64,000 bases of DNA from Candidatus Hydrogenedentota bacterium (GTDB taxonomy: Bacteria; Hydrogenedentota; Hydrogenedentia; Hydrogenedentales; JAEUWI01), in NCBI GenBank assembly GCA_016182605.1, contig JACPGE010000074.1:1694-65693 (forward strand), given 5' to 3'. The notes below the pieces were generated by a model. The model worked only from the letters and a program-made list of their open reading frames with translations, searched no databases and was not told the origin of the DNA. Made by a program: the position numbers and the translations under genes. Positions 50,518 to 60,289 of the stretch are shown in pieces. Numbering within the stretch: the first letter of the stretch is position 1; each line of letters starts with the position of its first letter.

Positions 50518-51969
50518 ATGGATTTGGAACAGGAACTCAATCGGCAGGAAGCGAAGGCACTGCACGCGGTGACACGGCGGCACTTCTTCCGCGACTGCGG
50601 CGTGGGTCTGGGCGCGATGGCTCTGAGCAGTCTGATGCAGCGCAACGCCGCGGCGAGTATCGCCCCGCAATTGAGCCATATCGCGCCCAAGGCAAAGAGC
50701 GTCATCTTTCTCTTCATGGCCGGTGGTCCGAGCCAGTTGGAGCTTTTCGACTACAAGCCGGTTTTGCAGCAATACACGAACACGCCCATCCCCCCCGCCT
50801 ACCTCGAAGGGAGGCGCTTCGCCTTCATGGATTCCTCGTTCCCGGTGGACAAGGTGAAGCTGCTCGGCACGCAGCGCAAGTTTGCGCAGCACGGGCAGTG
50901 TGGCGCGTGGGTTTCGGAATGCCTGCCGCACACGGCGGGCATCGTGGACGACATCACCATCATCAAGACGATCGAAACGGAAGTGCCGAACCACGCACCC
51001 GCGAAGATTTTCATGAACACGGGTTCCGCCCAGTTTGGCCGGCCGAGCATGGGCGCCTGGGTGAGCTATGGCATCGGCAGCGAGGCGGACGATCTTCCGG
51101 GCTTCGTCGTGCTGCAATCCGGCCCGCGCGGGCCACGGGGCGGCGCGGTGAACTGGGCGAGCGGCTTTCTGCCCACGACACACCAGGGCGTGCCCTTCCG
51201 ATCCAACGGCGACCCGATCCTGAACCTGAGCAATCCCGCGGGCATCTCCGCACTGCGGCAGCGCGATCTGATCGACACCGTCAACGCGCTCAACGAACAC
51301 CGGCTGGATGTCACGGGCGATCCGGAGATTGCCACCCGGATCGCGGCGTACGAAATGGCCTATCGCATGCAGACGAGCGCGCCGGAGCTGATGGACCTCT
51401 CCCAGGAAACCCCCGGCACGCTGGACCTCTACGGCGTGAAACAGGGCGAATCTTCCTTCGCGTACAATTGCTTGCTCGCGCGCCGTCTCGTGGAACGGGG
51501 CGTGCGCTTCGTGCAGTTGTATCACACGAACTGGGATCACCACGGTGGTTCGGGCGAAACGCTCACCGGCGACCTGGACAAGGTGTGCCTGGAGGTGGAC
51601 CAGGGCGGCGCGGCCCTCGTGCGCGATTTGAAACAGCGCGGTCTGCTCGACGAGACGCTGGTGATCTGGGGCGGCGAATTCGGGCGCACGCCCATGGGCG
51701 AGTTGCGCGACACCATCGGACGCAACCACCACAACGACTGCGCCACGATGTGGATGGCGGGTGGTGGCGTGAAGGCAGGCTGCGTATTCGGGGAGACCGA
51801 CGAACTCGGGTTCAGCCCCATAGAGGACAAGGTGCATGTCCACGATTTGCACGCAACCATCCTGCACCTGCTCGGCATAGAACACACCAAACTGACCTTC
51901 CGCTTCAAGGGCCGCGATTTCCGCCTGACCGATGTGGCCGGAAACGTCGTGCACAAACTGCTGGTCTGA
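50518..51969 (+). CDS. DUF1501 Tat-exported protein (paralog)
   Basis: Start ATG 50518 (MDLEQEL...TRRHFFRDCGVGLGAMAL). Collinear similarity to the two other DUF1501 genes. Confidence 0.85.
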   Translation: MDLEQELNRQEAKALHAVTRRHFFRDCGVGLGAMALSSLMQRNAAASIAPQLSHIAPKAKSVIFLFMAGGPSQLELFDYKPVLQQYTNTPIPPAYLEGRRFAFMDSSFPVDKVKLLGTQRKFAQHGQCGAWVSECLPHTAGIVDDITIIKTIETEVPNHAPAKIFMNTGSAQFGRPSMGAWVSYGIGSEADDLPGFVVLQSGPRGPRGGAVNWASGFLPTTHQGVPFRSNGDPILNLSNPAGISALRQRDLIDTVNALNEHRLDVTGDPEIATRIAAYEMAYRMQTSAPELMDLSQETPGTLDLYGVKQGESSFAYNCLLARRLVERGVRFVQLYHTNWDHHGGSGETLTGDLDKVCLEVDQGGAALVRDLKQRGLLDETLVIWGGEFGRTPMGELRDTIGRNHHNDCATMWMAGGGVKAGCVFGETDELGFSPIEDKVHVHDLHATILHLLGIEHTKLTFRFKGRDFRLTDVAGNVVHKLLV

Positions 51970-52097
51970 TTGACCCCAGGCAAGGCGCAAGTTGACTCCG
52001 GGCAGGGTCTCGCAGCACTATGGAGCAAGCGGCGTGACACAGCGCACCGGGCTGCAACGGCCAGCGTGCACGATACCCGCCCAAGGAGAACCTCATC

Positions 52098-52505
52098 GTG
52101 AAGTACGTATTGCACTTTCCCCTCTTCGCCCTCGCCCTGATTGCCTACAACGCGATCATGATCACGGGAGACGCCTTCCGCACGAATCCCGACGTGATCT
52201 CGATCCCCCTCATGGCGAATGACGATGTCATGCCCCTGAAACTGGGGGATATTTTCGTGATGCTCGGGGTCATCCTCCTGTACTTCGAGATCCTGAAGGC
52301 GACACGGGCCTCGCGCAGCACCATCGTCGATCACGCGCTCTCCATGCTCGTGTTCGTCGCCTTCCTGATCGAATACATCGTCGTCGCCGGTGCGGGCACT
52401 GCCACCTTCATGATCCTGACCCTGATGGCGCTCCTGGAGGTCATCGCCGGATTTACCATCACCATCTCCACCTCACGCCGCGATGTGTCGTTCGGTGGAA
52501 ATTAG
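52098..52505 (+). CDS. small hypothetical membrane protein
   Basis: GTG start preceded by AAGGAGAA at 52083-52090. Four hydrophobic helices. Confidence 0.45.
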   Translation: MKYVLHFPLFALALIAYNAIMITGDAFRTNPDVISIPLMANDDVMPLKLGDIFVMLGVILLYFEILKATRASRSTIVDHALSMLVFVAFLIEYIVVAGAGTATFMILTLMALLEVIAGFTITISTSRRDVSFGGN

Positions 52506-52570
52506 GCGGGGTGCGGCTCTGGACACGAGCGATTTGGGCTTCGGGCGGGACCTCAGTTCGCGGGTTCCAT

Positions 52571-52828
52571 CTAGGCAGGGAGCGCAGAACCCGTGGCCTT
52601 GGCATAAAGGACTTCCGGGGCAATCTGAATTTCCCCCTCCCACGTGAGGACGCCAAGTTCTTCGTCCACACGAAAGCGCTGGAAGAAATCCGTGTCCTTG
52701 AACGGCTCGAACACACCGCCGCGCTGCGAGTAGGCAGAAAAGTCAACCACGCCACACTGCCCATCATCAAACTCGAGTTCGATAAGGTACCCGCCACGAT
52801 GGGTTGCCGCGACTATATCGTGAAGCAT
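52571..52828 (-). CDS. DUF2442 domain protein (orphan, no DUF4160 partner seen)
   Basis: 85 aa. YLIELEFDDGQCGVVDFS pattern typical of DUF2442. AAGGAG SD upstream on the minus strand. Confidence 0.65.
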   Translation of the reverse strand: MLHDIVAATHRGGYLIELEFDDGQCGVVDFSAYSQRGGVFEPFKDTDFFQRFRVDEELGVLTWEGEIQIAPEVLYAKATGSALPA

Positions 52829-53088
52829 GGGTTTACTCCTTCGGGGTGTCTGGAATGACGGAAGGGAATGGGCATTACTCTCGTTCAGATTATCACATTC
52901 TGGAATCGCAACGTCCGGCCCCGGATCCGTGCGGAGAAGCCGAGTACAACTCGGCGATCCCAGGCTTGCAAGCCCATCTCCGCACCCCCCGCTGCATGAG
53001 GGAACATCGTTCTTGCCTTTCTGGCCGCGCAGGAAGCAGTATGTTGCTCCAATTGGTTGGGGCGCTAAGGCGATAACTGGCAGGAGAT

Positions 53089-53856
53089 TTGGACATGGAA
53101 GTGAAGGGCAAGTCCGTCGTCGTCACCGGCGGCGGAAGCGGGATCGGCGAGGCGCTGGCGCGGCGTTTTGCCGCGGAGGGCGCGCGGGTGGTGGTCTCCG
53201 ACATCAATGAGGCGGGCGCCGCGCGGGTGGTGGGTGAGATAGGGGGCGTGGCCGTGCGGACCGACGTGGCGCGGGAAGAAGACGTGATTGCGCTCGTCGC
53301 GGCGGCGGAACGCGCCCATGGCCCCATCGACCTTTTTGTGTCGAACGCGGGCATCGGCTGCCCGGACCCCGGCCACGCGGCATCGGCATCGAATGAGGAC
53401 TGGCAGCGGATCTGGGAGATCAATGTGATGTCTCACATCTTCGCGGCGCGCGCGCTGCTCCCGGCGATGATGGCGCGGAAGTCGGGGGCCTTTCTGATTA
53501 CGGCTTCGGCTGCGGGACTCTTGAGCCAGATCGGTTCGGCCCCGTACGCCGTGACCAAGCGGGCGGCGGTGGCCTTTGCGGAGTCCCTGGCGATCACGCA
53601 CGGCGACGACGGCGTCGAGGTCTATTGTCTCTGTCCGCAGGGCGTGCGCACGCCGATGGTGGGTGACAGCGGGCCGCAGCATGTGGACGGCGTGATCGAG
53701 CCGGAAGAAGTGGCCGAGTGTGTGATGCAGGCCCTGGCGGAGGGGCGCTTCCTGATTTTGCCGCATCCCACGGTGCAGACCTACATGGAGCGGAAAGCGG
53801 GCGACTATCAACGCTGGATCAAGGGCATGCAGCGCTTCCGGCGGCAGTTCATATAG
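53089..53856 (+). CDS. SDR family short-chain dehydrogenase/reductase
   Basis: VVTGGGSGIGEALARRFA Rossmann motif, YAVTK catalytic motif. Confidence 0.85.
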   Translation: MDMEVKGKSVVVTGGGSGIGEALARRFAAEGARVVVSDINEAGAARVVGEIGGVAVRTDVAREEDVIALVAAAERAHGPIDLFVSNAGIGCPDPGHAASASNEDWQRIWEINVMSHIFAARALLPAMMARKSGAFLITASAAGLLSQIGSAPYAVTKRAAVAFAESLAITHGDDGVEVYCLCPQGVRTPMVGDSGPQHVDGVIEPEEVAECVMQALAEGRFLILPHPTVQTYMERKAGDYQRWIKGMQRFRRQFI

Positions 53857-53896
53857 CAATGACGTGGACCCTTGGGGCCGATGTTGAGGCTGCGGC

Positions 53897-56032
53897 CTAC
53901 CAGATCGGCTTGAGGTGCGCCAGAGCGAGGCTGCGTACCGTCGCGGCGCCGCCTTCGGCAAAGACTGTTACGCCCTGCGCTTCCTTCTCAAAATGGACGC
54001 CCATGGGCATGTAGATCTGTCCCTGATTGGCAAAAATCTCGAGGGACATACGATCGACGAGCACTTCGAGCATGATCGCGCCATCGTGGAGTGTGACAGG
54101 GGCGCGTTTGTCCCCACAGCGGAGTTCCTGCGCGGCGGTGTCGAAGGTGACGGCGACGCCGCGCACCTGGAGGCCCACCGTGGCCGCGGAGCCGGGCTCC
54201 AAGACGACGCGAATGCGCGCGGCGTCGACCGTGGCAACCACGTCCCGCGTGCCCTCAAGCGATACGTCCTCCAGCGTTTCCGTCGCGCCATGGAGAGTCA
54301 CGATTTCCCGCACGGGATTCGCATGCAGGCGCAGGCCGTCTTCGGTGGCGTGCAGGGTAAGTTCGACGGGAAAATTCATCATCTGGTTGAAGGGCATAGA
54401 GGCATCGCCAATCTGTCCCCACGCGATCTGGATGCGCCGTCCGTCTTCCTGCGGCAGGTTGTTCCAGGTCTGTGAGGCGTAGAAGCAATTGCCGTGTTGA
54501 AACCGGATCTTCTTCGTCTCCGGTGTGAACTGTTTGCCATCGAAGCTGCCGGCCATGTAGCCGCCATCCGCGCCATAGACCACCCACTTCGATTCGCCGG
54601 CGCCTTCCACTGAAATCTCAAAAAGCTCGGGGCACTCGTAGAAGCCCTCCACGCTGCCCGTGGGCGTCCAGGATTTGAGATCGGTTGAGGTGAAGAGGTC
54701 GAGGCGTTTGCCATCGATGAAGAGAATCATCACCCAATGCTGGCCCGGGGCGTACCAGATGACCTTGGGATCGCGGTTGCCGCCAGCGATGTGCCCGATG
54801 ACGGGATTGCCCTCGAACTTGGTGAAGGTGCGGCCGCGATCGTTGCTGTAGGCGATGCACTGGGTGAAGGGCTGCCCCTTGGATGCGGGGTTGAGATCGC
54901 CCGCGGCGGTGTAGAAGCACACGATGGGCGGCTCGGCCCCGCTTTGAAAACCCGAAGTATTCTTCTCGTCCACCACCGCGGAACCCGAGAAAATGGCGCC
55001 CAGATGATCGGGGTGGATGGCGTCGCCGAGTTCGTTCCAATGGAGGAGGCCGGTGCTGACGGCGTGGCCCCAGGTCATGTTGCCCCAGTTCCAGCCGAAG
55101 GGGTTGTGCTGGTAGAAGAGGTGGTATTCCCCGCCGTAATAGACGAGGCCATTGGGATCGTTGATCCAGCCGCGTTGTGTGCTGAAGTGCATCTGGGGCC
55201 GAAGCTCCTCGCGGTAGAGGTCCTCGGCGTCCAGCAGGGTGTCGGCCTGGCGTATCGTTTCAAGCGCCCGGGAATCGGCCTCCACGTCGTCTATCTGTAT
55301 GCGGAGTTCCGCGCCGGCGAATGGCTGCAGATCGAGCACGGTGTAGAAGTCTGGATCGGCGGGGGCAAGTTCGATATCGAATTCGCGCACGAGCGTTTCC
55401 CCCTGATAGACGTGCACCCACGACTTGGCGGCGCCATTCTTCACGGGGAAGTTCAGGTAGCGTCGCTCCGCGCGCACTGTAATGGTCTTGGTGGAAACAC
55501 GCGGCGCGTCGCACTGCATGATCTGGTCCACGTTGATATGGCCCCAGCCGCCGGTGTGTAGATCCACAATCTCGATTACCGCCTCCTTCCCCGCAAAGGC
55601 ACTCACTTCCCAACTCGTCCAGCGCAGGGCCTCGGAACCGCCGGGCGCGCTGTTGGGTCCGGTGGCGGTGCGCACCATCGTGCCGTCGATCAGCAGGTTG
55701 ATGCAGGTCTCCCCCGGGTGAGCACCGCCGCCGATCAGGAAGCACAAGTAGGGCTGCGTGAGGACAAAGGGTGGCGAGGTGAGCCGGCCTGTCGCAGCGT
55801 CCCCGCCGTGGAAGCTGTTGACGAGTCCCGCGCCCTGATAGCCCGTTACGTCCATTTGGCCTTCCAGCGTGCCGCGGGCCGGGGCGGCGCCGAAGGCCGT
55901 GCCCTCCAGCTTCCACGCGCCGTAGTCTGCGCCGTCGAAGTCCGCGATGAGTTGGTCCTCCCCACGGGCAGGGATGGAAAACGCGGCGAAGAGGCAGAAG
56001 AACGCGAGGAGAACGCGGTGAGATGCAATCAT
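53897..56032 (-). CDS. glycoside hydrolase family 32 (beta-fructofuranosidase/levanase-like) with N-terminal accessory domain, exported
   Basis: Start refined to MIASHRVLLAFFCLFAAFSIPA (signal peptide). GH32 catalytic signatures WINDPNGLVYYGGEYHLFYQHNP and an RDP-like block. About 200-aa N-terminal extra domain. Confidence 0.85.
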   Translation of the reverse strand: MIASHRVLLAFFCLFAAFSIPARGEDQLIADFDGADYGAWKLEGTAFGAAPARGTLEGQMDVTGYQGAGLVNSFHGGDAATGRLTSPPFVLTQPYLCFLIGGGAHPGETCINLLIDGTMVRTATGPNSAPGGSEALRWTSWEVSAFAGKEAVIEIVDLHTGGWGHINVDQIMQCDAPRVSTKTITVRAERRYLNFPVKNGAAKSWVHVYQGETLVREFDIELAPADPDFYTVLDLQPFAGAELRIQIDDVEADSRALETIRQADTLLDAEDLYREELRPQMHFSTQRGWINDPNGLVYYGGEYHLFYQHNPFGWNWGNMTWGHAVSTGLLHWNELGDAIHPDHLGAIFSGSAVVDEKNTSGFQSGAEPPIVCFYTAAGDLNPASKGQPFTQCIAYSNDRGRTFTKFEGNPVIGHIAGGNRDPKVIWYAPGQHWVMILFIDGKRLDLFTSTDLKSWTPTGSVEGFYECPELFEISVEGAGESKWVVYGADGGYMAGSFDGKQFTPETKKIRFQHGNCFYASQTWNNLPQEDGRRIQIAWGQIGDASMPFNQMMNFPVELTLHATEDGLRLHANPVREIVTLHGATETLEDVSLEGTRDVVATVDAARIRVVLEPGSAATVGLQVRGVAVTFDTAAQELRCGDKRAPVTLHDGAIMLEVLVDRMSLEIFANQGQIYMPMGVHFEKEAQGVTVFAEGGAATVRSLALAHLKPIW

Positions 56033-56224
56033 GGTTCGGCTTTCCGTTGGATGGAAGGTGGTAGTACAACGCAGTCTATTATCGTGCATGGGCAGGCGAT
56101 GCGCAATGTGCCGGTGGGTTGACAGCATCGGGACAGCGTGCTAGTGTGCGCCGGGTGGCCAGTTGTGGTCCGATTACGCAAGCCCACGGAGGACCGTGGG
56201 AACGAGCCAAGGAGCTTTCCTGAA

Positions 56225-57307
56225 ATGAAAAAGAATTTCATCCGCACGATGGGTATGGGTCTGGTCCTGGCGGCACTGTCCCTTTCGGCGCGCGCCGCGG
56301 ATCCCTGGGTGACCTATGCAGGCGGGTCGGGGCCCGGCCAGGGCAAACACGTGGTGCTCATCTCAGGCGACGAGGAGTACCGATCGGAGGAAGGGCTTCC
56401 GCAACTGGGCAAGATCCTTTCGGCACACCACGGGTTCGCGTGCACGGTGCTCTTCGCGATCAATCCAGAGTCGGGGCTGATCGATCCCAACTATGGGAAG
56501 AACATTCCTGGGCTGGAGGCGCTGGACACGGCAGATCTGATGATCATACTCACGCGTTTCCGCGATCTGCCGGACGAGCAGATGACGCACATCGACGCGT
56601 ACCTGAAGGCGGGCAAGCCGGTAATCGGCCTGCGCACGTCAACCCATGCCTTCAACCCGCCGGCGGACTCGGCGTGGGCCCATTATGGCAACGGGTATGA
56701 CGGTGAGAAGACGGCGTGGAAAGAGGGCTTTGGGCGGCTGGTGCTGGGGGAACACTGGATCAGCCACCATGGCGAGCACAAGCAGGAGAGCACGGTGGGC
56801 CTGTTGGCGCCGGGAGCGGCGGGCCATCCCATCTTGCGCGGCATTGGAGAGGGCGCCATCTGGTGTTCCACCGATGTCTATGGGGTACGGCTGCCCTTGC
56901 CGGGGGACAGCGCGCCACTGGTGCTGGGTCAGGTCACCAAGCGGGACGGCGCCTACGACGAGAAGGAACTGGACTATGGCATGCGGCCCACCGATCGCAC
57001 GGCGGTGGAAGGCAAGAAGAACGATCCCATGATGCCCGTGGCGTGGACGAAGACGTATCAGGTTCCCGGCGGCGCAGCGGGCAAGGCCTTTACAAGCACC
57101 ATGGGCGCTTCGGCCGATCTGCAAAACGACGCGCTGCGCCGGCTCATTATCAACGCTGCCTACTGGGCCACGGGCCTGGAAGCACAGATCCCTGCAGAAG
57201 GTGCGAAAGCGGATCTGGTTGGCGCATACACGCCCACGCAATACGCGTTTCGCGATGCGGCGTACTGGAAAGAACGCGCCATGTCCGTGGACGAGCACCG
57301 GAAATAG
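56225..57307 (+). CDS. ThuA-like (trehalose-utilisation, class I glutamine amidotransferase-like) exported protein
   Basis: Start refined to MKKNFIRTMGMGLVLAALSLSARA. Conserved ThuA-like blocks (HVVLISGDEEY, DLMIILTRFRDLPDEQM, GKPVIGLRTSTHAF). Confidence 0.65.
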   Translation: MKKNFIRTMGMGLVLAALSLSARAADPWVTYAGGSGPGQGKHVVLISGDEEYRSEEGLPQLGKILSAHHGFACTVLFAINPESGLIDPNYGKNIPGLEALDTADLMIILTRFRDLPDEQMTHIDAYLKAGKPVIGLRTSTHAFNPPADSAWAHYGNGYDGEKTAWKEGFGRLVLGEHWISHHGEHKQESTVGLLAPGAAGHPILRGIGEGAIWCSTDVYGVRLPLPGDSAPLVLGQVTKRDGAYDEKELDYGMRPTDRTAVEGKKNDPMMPVAWTKTYQVPGGAAGKAFTSTMGASADLQNDALRRLIINAAYWATGLEAQIPAEGAKADLVGAYTPTQYAFRDAAYWKERAMSVDEHRK

Positions 57308-57455
57308 GGACGCAATGCGGGAGCGACATATATTGACACTCTAATTGATTGGCTCAAAAGACGCCCTTTGTTTTTGAATAAAGATGTGGTGCTTCTGTAT
57401 CGAGGTCCGCGTTCCCGATGGCCCAGGTTTTGATGCATATTTCTTGACATTTATG

Positions 57456-60263
57456 CTATTTCCTTGCACCCACCGTGAATTCTTCTGAATCAAGTTTGAT
57501 ATATTTCTTCCACGCATCACCGAAACGGATATCGAACTCTTTCTCCTTCCCTTTCACGGTGTTTGCCGCACCTCTAAAACAAAAGACAATCTGACCCGTA
57601 CTATAGTCTTTCCACGTCTTGATCTCTGCGGGACTGGTAATGGTCTTTTCCTGATCCGCCGGACTTATGAAATGGTACCGATTCCATTCTTGCAGACTGT
57701 CACACATGCCAAGCATGAATGCCATAGCCAAATCAATCCGCCATTTTTCATCAGTGTCCTCTGAAACCGCAGACAAGGTAATTTGCCGAAGATTGAACTG
57801 TTTTTTTGCATCGAGCGTAGCAGGCTTGTACAAAACGCCGTCCGGAAATTCTTCCCTATTCTCCGGATAGATATTGTGCGCGGCAACAGCCAGCAGCAAA
57901 TCCGAAACCTCCCCTTTGTACTTCCGCCAAAAGCTTGTTGGGTCATTGGTGCGTGCCCATTCTTTTATTTTCTTGACTTTGTTCTTGCTCATGCCTGGGA
58001 CATTCACTGTTGTGAGGCGGTCTCCGTTTCTATTAACGCAATCCGCCCAAAGCTCGTCCGTTAGGCGCACCCATTCAATCAAGCTGGCGGACATGAATCC
58101 ATGGTCCCAAAAAGATTCTCTTCCGGCTCCGATCTTACCGTCGGGTTCGTTCCCAGCCAAGAAATGGAAGATGTCTTTCAATCCACCCTCACTTAGCTCC
58201 ATATTTTTCTGGGCATCAAGCGGCAAAGCTGCGAACAAATGAGCCTTATCTGGAAAGCTTTTTGGATTTTTGATCTTGTCGCCAATAATAGACTCGGCGT
58301 TGATTGCTTTCACAAACGCCCCATTATCGAAGCTATTCACTGAATTCTTCTTGGCCTTGTATCCGCCCAGAACAACCAGCTGCACGTAGAACTCCCGGAA
58401 ATGGTTCAACTTATCCAGAGCGCGCTTCCGGTTACCCGCATAAGATGCATCCTTGCTCTCGAAGATATAACCCAAGTCATGGGTTAGCGCCGCAAGCGCC
58501 CAGTTCCGCATGAAGCGGTTCTCCACCGTGGGCCGAAGCAGTTCCTCCGGATTTTCTTGCTCTCTCTGAACAAGCGCGCGGATCTTCTCCGACTCGACAT
58601 AGAGATAGATGCCGAGAAGATAGACCATGACTGTATGCACGGTATGGTCCCGGTAGCCGGAATAGAAGGCATTATCATATTCCAGACGAAGCATAAAGCG
58701 GGTTATTATGGCAAGAGAGGGCACGCCAATACGCTCAAAGGTTTTGTCGATGATCTCTAATGCAAGCTGCGTCCGCCGGTCGCTTTTTTGGGTTCGCAAA
58801 AAACGCGCTATGAGGTCCAAGTCTGATTTCTCAATCAGAGCGGTCGCGCCTTCCGGTATGTCCGTTCTTTGCAACAGGTTAGTTATCGAGTAGTATATGC
58901 TCCCGTTGATGCCTTCGAGGTGCCCCTCTTCAGCCAAATCCCGGGGGATATCACCCAGCTGCCGTTCTATTTTCGAGCGGATCGTGGCCGGCGACTCAAG
59001 ACATAGTGCCCCCCCTTGCCTCGAATTGTTAATCTCCCCTACCCGTCGCTGAAGGGCCGACCGGCATTCCACAACATCGACAATGTCGTTGCAAGTTTCT
59101 AGTTCTATGGCTAACGCGCCGGAGAAGAATTCCAGCGTTCTTTTTCCATTGTTCTTTAAACGTTCTTGTTCTTCCATGTGCTCCAGATAGAGCACCAATA
59201 CATCGTCGAATGCCTCCAAGTCCCTGAAACGGCCGAGCGGAGAGTCCACCCAATGTGCGCCGACGGCATGATCGGCAATATGGGCGTGGAATATACGGGG
59301 GCGAAGGGCGCGGAGAAGCTTCAGATTCGACTTGGCGTCCTCCCCACCTCTTTTTTCTCCCTCCCGGTGCTTTATCCGCTCCTCCCAGACTTTGTAGTGA
59401 CCGATATCAAGATTTATACCAAGATGACTCTTTAATGCCTCTTTGTCTGTAATATCTGGTCGTTTCAACTCATCTATTGCAGCGTCAACGCATTCCAATA
59501 TTTCGTTGAGCCCCTTGATATTGTCCGCCATCGCAAGCGCGTAGGGTTCCATCTCCAATGCAATGCCGACATACGGCCACCGTTTGAGATGGGATCTCGC
59601 CCCAACAAAGGCGTCGATTAATCCCGTAGCGAAGGCCTTGCGCAACAGATTGTTCGCGAGGGAATCTGTCGGTGAGGAGACATATTCACTTTTTTCCTCG
59701 ATTTCACGGCTTATGGTCTCCCCGTCATCCCCAGCAATCTGAATAGTCTTCTGCGTACCAGGATAGGCGGGAATGCTCAGGACATTTCGGCCACAAACAA
59801 TTTCTACTACTCTTGTATTCAGCAGGTCAGCCAGAATGAGGGTAATCGTGACGTTTGCAATTGCCCGCTCACGCAACTTGGCAATTTGATTCTGGCGCTC
59901 GCTCAAAGCGCTGTCCTCGCCTGATCCCCCTGTTAGTAGAGGAAGGCCCAGATTGGGGAAATTGGTGGCCAGCGCCGGTATTTGCAGCGGCACAGCACCC
60001 GCACGTACGGCTTCGCTCACCTGGTTTGCCAGCGCCTCGGCGACCTTCAGGTGCCTCGACGGGTCTACGAAGCCGTTTTCGTCATCGCACACTCGCTTGC
60101 TGGCCCGGCATATGTCTGCCTCAGTCACAATAACGTCAACAGCATGGAAGCTATGGGAGGCGAGTGTTTTACAGGTGCGAGCCAGCGATGAAAATGGATC
60201 GCTGTCAGAGTTTGCCAATGAGTCGAATGACGATATCACTGAAATCATGAAGAGCCTCGTCAC
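57456..60263 (-). CDS. hypothetical fusion protein: endonuclease-IV/xylose-isomerase-like TIM barrel (AP_endonuc_2-like) + HD-domain phosphohydrolase + ~280-aa unknown C-terminal domain (low-GC island)
   Basis: TIM-barrel metal-site-like motifs in Nfo order (FHAVDV, LEMEP, NLDIGHY, HAHIADH, HWVDSPLG, YLEHME). HD motifs DHTVHTVMVYLLGIY and ALTHDLGY. Likely first ATG at 60248 (MISVISS); the listed start at 60263 is GTG. GC is well below the genome background. Confidence 0.55.
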   Translation of the reverse strand: MTRLFMISVISSFDSLANSDSDPFSSLARTCKTLASHSFHAVDVIVTEADICRASKRVCDDENGFVDPSRHLKVAEALANQVSEAVRAGAVPLQIPALATNFPNLGLPLLTGGSGEDSALSERQNQIAKLRERAIANVTITLILADLLNTRVVEIVCGRNVLSIPAYPGTQKTIQIAGDDGETISREIEEKSEYVSSPTDSLANNLLRKAFATGLIDAFVGARSHLKRWPYVGIALEMEPYALAMADNIKGLNEILECVDAAIDELKRPDITDKEALKSHLGINLDIGHYKVWEERIKHREGEKRGGEDAKSNLKLLRALRPRIFHAHIADHAVGAHWVDSPLGRFRDLEAFDDVLVLYLEHMEEQERLKNNGKRTLEFFSGALAIELETCNDIVDVVECRSALQRRVGEINNSRQGGALCLESPATIRSKIERQLGDIPRDLAEEGHLEGINGSIYYSITNLLQRTDIPEGATALIEKSDLDLIARFLRTQKSDRRTQLALEIIDKTFERIGVPSLAIITRFMLRLEYDNAFYSGYRDHTVHTVMVYLLGIYLYVESEKIRALVQREQENPEELLRPTVENRFMRNWALAALTHDLGYIFESKDASYAGNRKRALDKLNHFREFYVQLVVLGGYKAKKNSVNSFDNGAFVKAINAESIIGDKIKNPKSFPDKAHLFAALPLDAQKNMELSEGGLKDIFHFLAGNEPDGKIGAGRESFWDHGFMSASLIEWVRLTDELWADCVNRNGDRLTTVNVPGMSKNKVKKIKEWARTNDPTSFWRKYKGEVSDLLLAVAAHNIYPENREEFPDGVLYKPATLDAKKQFNLRQITLSAVSEDTDEKWRIDLAMAFMLGMCDSLQEWNRYHFISPADQEKTITSPAEIKTWKDYSTGQIVFCFRGAANTVKGKEKEFDIRFGDAWKKYIKLDSEEFTVGARK

Positions 60264-60289
60264 AAACGGTTGGTTTTCCCTGCTTCAAT

